Assembly (NCBI RefSeq): GCF_964204645.1
Contig: NC_134031.1
Location: forward strand, 11,906,088 to 11,970,087
Length of the DNA: 64,000 nt
Source of the DNA: Tubulanus polymorphus
Taxonomy: Eukaryota; Animalia; Nemertea
Reading direction: 5' to 3'
Part shown: piece by piece, positions 58,156 through 64,000 of the stretch
Layout of the letters: the number at the start of each line of letters is the position of its first letter
Numbering within the stretch: the stretch's first letter is position 1
Notes under the pieces: generated by a model
Told to the model about the DNA's origin: nothing
The model's input: the letters and a program-made list of their open reading frames with translations, nothing else
The model's database searches: none
Program-made: the position numbers and the translations under genes

Positions 58156-59710
58156 ATCCCCATACCTCGCAACCATACATGGCAACAGGGGCAACGCACA
58201 TATTATCGAATAATTTAAACATTACGTCGATTGGGAGTTTCAGGCGCCTACCCTTTTGAATAATTGAAAACATAGCTTTCATAGCTTTATCGTAAAGATA
58301 TTTTTTTGCTTTAACAAAACTACCGTTCCAGTTAAATTTAACTCCGAGGTACAAATAATCTTCAACTATCTCCAATTCTTGGTTGCCAAACATAAATTTC
58401 GGAATTTGCTTAATTCTAGATTTACTTCGCGCAAAATAACTAATATTTTTGTTTTATCGACATTTACAGTGAGGCCGTTGCCTGTGCAATATTCAAATAA
58501 TGTATCTAAGTATAACTGTAGTGATCTCTCATCCTCGGCAAGAATGACCGTGTCATCCGCATATAGGATAATAAATAAATTCAGTAAAGCATCAAGATCC
58601 TGATTACACCCCGAGTTCAGATGTTCCATAAACGATAAAGTTGAGTTACCACGGTTAATAAAAAATTCCTCAATATCATTCAAAAATAAAGAAAAAAGAA
58701 TAGGTGACAGGTTTTCGCCTTGTCTTAAACCACGATCAGCTGCGAAATAATGCGATGTAGGTATTACTCTTAGACCTAACACATGATTTGACGGAGTCAT
58801 ACATACTTTTTACTACATTCAAAAAATTACCCGTTATACAATTAGCTATGAGTTTCTTCCATAAAGTAACCCTACAAACCGAATCAAAAGCTTTCTTGAA
58901 GTCGACAAAGGCGCAGAAAAGGCTTCTTCCTTGACAAAGATACAACTCGACGATGGTTTTTAGAGTGTAAATATGATCGATAGTTGAGTATTTAGATCTA
59001 AAACCAGCCTGAGCTTCACTAATAATGTTGTTAATATCTAGGAATGAAGACAGTCTTTGATTTAATATACTTGTAAATAATTTGCCTAAACAGCTTACTA
59101 GTGATGCCTCTATAATTATCTGGGTTGGCGGGGTCTCCTTTGTTTTTAAAAATGGGTTTAATGACGCCATCAGACCACATCTCTGGTACATGGCCAGTTT
59201 TAAGTACTAAGTTGAAAATATTTTGTAATATGCTTGCTATACATGGATACTCATTAACTTTCAGCATTTCATTGATAATTCCATCTATACCAGATGCCTT
59301 GTTGTTTTTCAATGAAGATATAGCTTTGCCTATTTCTTCAGTAGAAATTTCACAGTTTAACATGGAGTTGTCATAATCAGGTGGGTCATCATCTTGAGTT
59401 TCAGTAATGGTATCAGTCTGCTCGTTTACGTTAATATTGAAATCATTCAGTCTCATGAAGTGTTCAAGGAAAGTATCGATATCGATATTATCTTTGTCAA
59501 CTTTTGTTACTGTCGCTGAGTTTAATATTAGCATAGACCAGTATTTCTTAGGGTTACTAATTTCACATTCTCTTAATTCTTTGATAAAGTTTTCGTTCTG
59601 TCTTCTTTTAGATTCTCGAATAATTTTTTTATATTTCCTAGACGAGTTCTTTAAAAATTCTAAGTTTGCGGAATTCGGACAGCTCCTATATCTATTTCGC
59701 CTAGGCCTAT
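58156..59710 (-). pseudogene. LINE ORF2 reverse transcriptase, frameshifted and 5'-truncated, split by the palindromic element
   Basis: NPDNYRGI, QAGFRSKYSTIDH, FVDFKKAFDSV, GLRQGENLSP, LYADD, ending MYGCEVWG at the TSD. Confidence 0.92.
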
Positions 59711-60440
59711 AATTATACTCTTTCTGCGCTATTCTACAATCCTGACCCGTTTATTCACTACAGTACTGCCATCTGTACAAAGTATACAAAACTAAGCTAC
59801 ACAATTCAGTTATTGTAACAGGCAGCACCGTCTTGCCCCCGTTCTCCGCTACAAGATGATTACTTGATTTATTCTTAAAGTGTCGTAACCGCAAAAAAAG
59901 CATGCGCGGGTTACTGATTAAAGCGGCCTCGACGACTGGATTTCTCGAAGAAACAGCGACAAAATCCTCACAGTTGACTGCTCACCATCCGGGACAACAA
60001 CCTGAATATTAAATAACAAACAAGCATGAACCATATGATCATGAAGTTTATTACATCAACCTGATTCTCACAATGACCAGGCAAAACTGATCTGGTCAGC
60101 TCATATCAGGTGTTCCTCAGAGGGCAGCACAATACAACCATGAAGCAAGTTGAGCTAATAGCTGCAATGAAAATACTGGCTACCACATCCTCCCCCCAGT
60201 TTAAAAATATTCTGGTCCCCAGAATAAAACTTCCGAACAGAACGAGGACAAAACACAAATTTTCGATTTTTTTTTTTTCAAAGGGAATCAAAACACAAAA
60301 ACAGATCGAACCCAGGGACACGCCCGAATTTCACGATTCCCTTCATGACTGTAAAACATATAAAAACAACAACATGATCATTCATTAAGTGCATATTTAT
60401 TCAATTCAAAAACAGCTCCATTAAAACCGATTTAGATTTC

Positions 60441-61560
60441 TCACGTGATGTGTCCGGAACCACTCACCAACTGTACCAAAGCCCTCAACGCTGCCTTTTG
60501 AACCCAAGACGGCTCTGCTATAACAAGACTATCCCTGTAACGAGCAGGTTTCCTCACCCCAACGCGTTTCGACCTCCTAGGACTCCGGACAGCCTCAAAA
60601 CCTCCTGGCGGCGGCAACACCTCATCCATAAGTGGCGGCGGAGGAATGATCGGAATATCCTCAATCAACTGATTGGGCTCAATAACCGGGGTATCTACAA
60701 TTAACGGCGGAGGAACGTCCAGCGCAAAATCCGACGAAGCTGGCGAGACGGCATCTGCAACCAAAATTCCTTCGGCTGTTTCCATAATACCCCCTTCCCC
60801 CGCTGAAACTGGGTCTTCCTCAAGGAAACCAAGTTTCCTCATCACCATCCAACAATCATCATCTCCATCCTCCGAACAGGTGCTGTCTGTTTCACATTTC
60901 CTCGGATAGTCACCCATCTCCAAATCTCCTTTACAATCTTCCGGCTCCGGAGGCAATGGTAAAGGATCCAAAGATCTCAGAGGCTCAGCTAGTGGCAACA
61001 ATAGGTTCCTATGTAATGTACGAGTTTTCCGAGTCTCGACGTTCTTCACCGTATAGACTGGCACATCCCCAGCTGGCTTCAGCACTACGATGTATGGAAT
61101 TTCCTCCCATCGATCCGCGATTTTATGACGACTCGAAAAACCAACCTGTTTCACCAAAACCAAATCTCCTACATCAATAGCTCCTCCTTTCACTTTCGCA
61201 TCATACCTAAACTTGCTATACTCACCTGCCTCCTTGATGTTTCTGGCCGCAATCTCCCAAGCTTTCTCTAATTGCTTCCCAATCCTCGTGCCATACTCTG
61301 CAGGTCGATCTGTCCCATCCGAAATACCATAGATCAAATCCACTGGCAACCGTGGTTTCCGGCCAAACATGAGATAAGGTTCGAAACCCGTAATACGATG
61401 TGGAGTGCAGTTGTACGAGAAAACAGCCGCTTGGAGATGTTCACGCCACTTTGTCTTCGACTCATTGGCTAACGTACCTAAGAGCCCGATTAGAGTCTGA
61501 TTGAATCTCTCGCAGTGACCGTTACCCATTGCGTGATACGGCGTGGTACGACACTTTGAC
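60441..61560 (-). mobile_element. Gypsy-type pol 3' end (integrase C-terminal part), interrupted at 61560 by a Polinton
   Basis: TTPYHAMGNGHCERFNQTL, YNCTPHRITGFEPY.MFGRKPRLPVDL, GPY/F-like region. Confidence 0.88.
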
Positions 61561-64000
61561 AGTAATTAGAATATGTGGCTTTCATACCAGAGGACGAGAG
61601 GACGAGACACCACTCATCACCACAAGTAATTTTTTTTCCTAATAAATGGGGGAGAATGAACACCAACTAGAAAACAATAATGTCAATAAAAATCAATATT
61701 ATTGTCAATATTGTAAAAAATACATCGATACATCTAATAAAACACGACATGAAAAAACTGCAAATCATATAAAAAATGTAATAGATTTTGAAACTCCAGA
61801 AAATTCCAATGAAAGAAAAGAACGATTAGAAAATATGAATATGAATGAAATAAAATGTGAAGTTTGTGATGAATTTATAACAAAAAGGAATTATAATAGA
61901 CATCTCGAAACAGAAAAACACCATCGAAATTTGAGAAATAATGTTTTAGGAATAGATTATTTTGATGATAAACCTCAACAAGTAAAAGAATCAACTTCAA
62001 AAACTAAATCCATTTCAAATAAACCTTACATGGAAAATGTTAGAAATTATATTGATTCACTAGAAATAAAAGATACAATTGAAATATTAGAAACATTACG
62101 TAGTAAAATTGGTCCTGCAGCAATTATATTTAGATTTTCTAAAGGTACAACAATAGAAGATTATAGTAAATTTAATGAAATAATAGAAAAAATACTAGAT
62201 TTGATAACAGATGTTGAATATCCAAAAATTAGTATCTCTGGGAAAGTAAGTTTTATAAAGTCAGAAGAAAAAATGAATTATAATATTCAAACACTCTCTG
62301 AAGAAATAATTTCAAAAACACAAATAAAAGAGAAGTTAGAAAAAATATTAAATGAATTTAAACGTCATATTGAAGAAAGATATTTTGAGGGTTCTGGCTT
62401 AACATTGAATGAAATTATATATTTAGATTTAAATGTTTATAATACAAAAAGGAATAAAACATCAAAAAGTAATAAAATGTTTAAAAATGATTCAAACTTT
62501 ACAACAGAAAAGGATATGAAAGCATCAAGTTATATCAAATTACCGTTTACAACAAAAGCAGTAATAAATATTCAAAATGAAGATAATAAATGTTTTCTAT
62601 GGTCAATTATTAGTTGTTTACACCAAACAGAAGATATGACGCATAGTTTTAGAATAACAAATTACCAGAAATATGAAACATTATATAAAATTGATCAATA
62701 TCCAGTAACTATAAAAATGATTCCTAAAATAGAAAAAATTAATAATTTAAAAATAAATGTATTCGAATTAATGCAATTACCAAAGACAAAAGGTGAAAAT
62801 ATTAAAGATTATACATTGGAAGCTTTATATTTAACAGAATATTATGATGATGAAAATGCTATAGATTTGTTATATTATAAAAAAGATGAAAATGAACATT
62901 ATATGTGGTTAAAACAAATTGATTTATTCTTTAGAACGGAAAGTGATCATCATCGTAAAATTTATCTATGTAGAAAATGTTTATCTAAATTTATGACTGA
63001 GAATACATTATTAAAACATAAAGAATTATGTGATAATAAAGATTTTTGTAAATCAATAATGCCAACAGAAAAAGATTATAAATTGAAATTTACTAATCAT
63101 AAATTTAAGAATATTGTTCCATTTGTAATTTATGGGGATTTTGAATCGTTGAATAAAGAATTAACTAATCAAGATAGAAAAGAAATATATAACAAAAAGC
63201 AATTATTAAAATCAATGGATAAAGGAAATGAATTAAATGAAGACGCAACACAAGACCCACCAATTATAAATACAATTAAAAAAGTTCATCAAAGAGCTGC
63301 TGCTTATGGAATTTACATCAAATCAAATTATCCCGAATTATATGAAAGTCAATATATTTCTTTTAGAGGTGAAAATGTAGTTAATGATTTTTGTGATAAA
63401 ATGATTGAATTAGAAAGTGATTTTACAAAATTATTAAACAAAAATAAAAGAATAGTTATGACAAAAGAAGATGAAATTGATTTTAATTATGCAACTCATT
63501 GTTGTTATTGAGAAAAACGTTTTTATTCATTTGATAAAAGAGTTAGAGATCATGATCATTTGAATTCAAAATATCGTGGAGCTGCTCATGAAGATTGCAA
63601 TTTACAAGCTAAAAAAGTAAATTTCGTACCAATATTATTTCATAATTTATCAGGATATGATACCCATCTATTTATAAAACAATTATCGGGAAAATTGGGT
63701 GCAATTAATCAAGAAATAGAAGAATATAATGCTATGAATGAAGCAAATGTAAGAAAATATGATTTTAAACTATTAGCTAAAATATCTGAAAATTATATTT
63801 CATTTCAATTTGGTTGCATTAGATTTTTAGATTCTTATAGATTTCTAGCAAGTTCATTAGATAATTTATCAAAAAGTTTAGTTGATAATGATTTTGTTAT
63901 AACTCGATATTATTATCCAAATGACCAAGATTTTAAATTATTGAGATATAAAGGCGCAATTCCTTACTCATTTTATAAAACACACGATGATTTTAATGTA
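61561..64000 (+). mobile_element. Left end of another Polinton/Maverick, running off the window
   Basis: Begins AGTAAT exactly where the Gypsy ORF breaks; pPolB starts 85 bp later. Confidence 0.85.
61646..64000 (+). pseudogene. pPolB: pPolB N-terminal and exonuclease region; in-frame TGA at 63509-63511
   Basis: Paralog of 28772-32800; YGDFES, and after the stop VRDHDHLN, FHNLSGYD, RFLDSYRFL in the same frame. Confidence 0.92.

Noticed and set aside
59760-60440. 3' LTR of the Gypsy fragment
   Set aside because: No clear PPT/TG boundary or second LTR copy in the window to define it.

Overview
This is repeat-saturated, AT-rich invertebrate (metazoan) genomic DNA with no recognisable host gene; almost the whole window is nested mobile DNA. 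There are four AT-rich Polinton/Maverick (adintovirus-like) copies. One is a near-complete but decayed ~20-kb copy at 13042-33443 (pPolB, MCP, minor capsid, packaging ATPase, truncated integrase, HNH nuclease). The others are a 3.3-kb deletion derivative (5202-8489), a degraded end (1020-3003) and a copy starting at 61561. Their genes start almost invariably at a T-tract...TAAATG motif resembling poxvirus late promoters, and the two intact AGTAATAGGG ends fold into long hairpins. The most unusual object is 40235-58155. It has Polinton-type AGTAGT...ACTACT ends and a 6-bp TSD (ATCCCC) that splits a LINE RT ORF. Once a nested 9.2-kb LTR element is removed it is an ~8.7-kb near-perfect palindrome (two ~4.2-kb arms, 280-bp spacer with a hairpin). 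It encodes only a spliced double-PC4-domain protein and a Cys-rich protein, and looks like an integrated snap-back/defective satellite genome. The nested LTR element (41964-51128) encodes Gag and protease only, and carries accessory ORFs with three PLDLS (CtBP-binding) motifs and an array of Pol III B-box-like sequences. Also present: an IS3EU-like transposase with cognate MITEs, Helentron-type non-autonomous elements, and LINE, Penelope, Gypsy and Kolobok-like fragments. All family assignments come from motif recognition by eye, not database searches.
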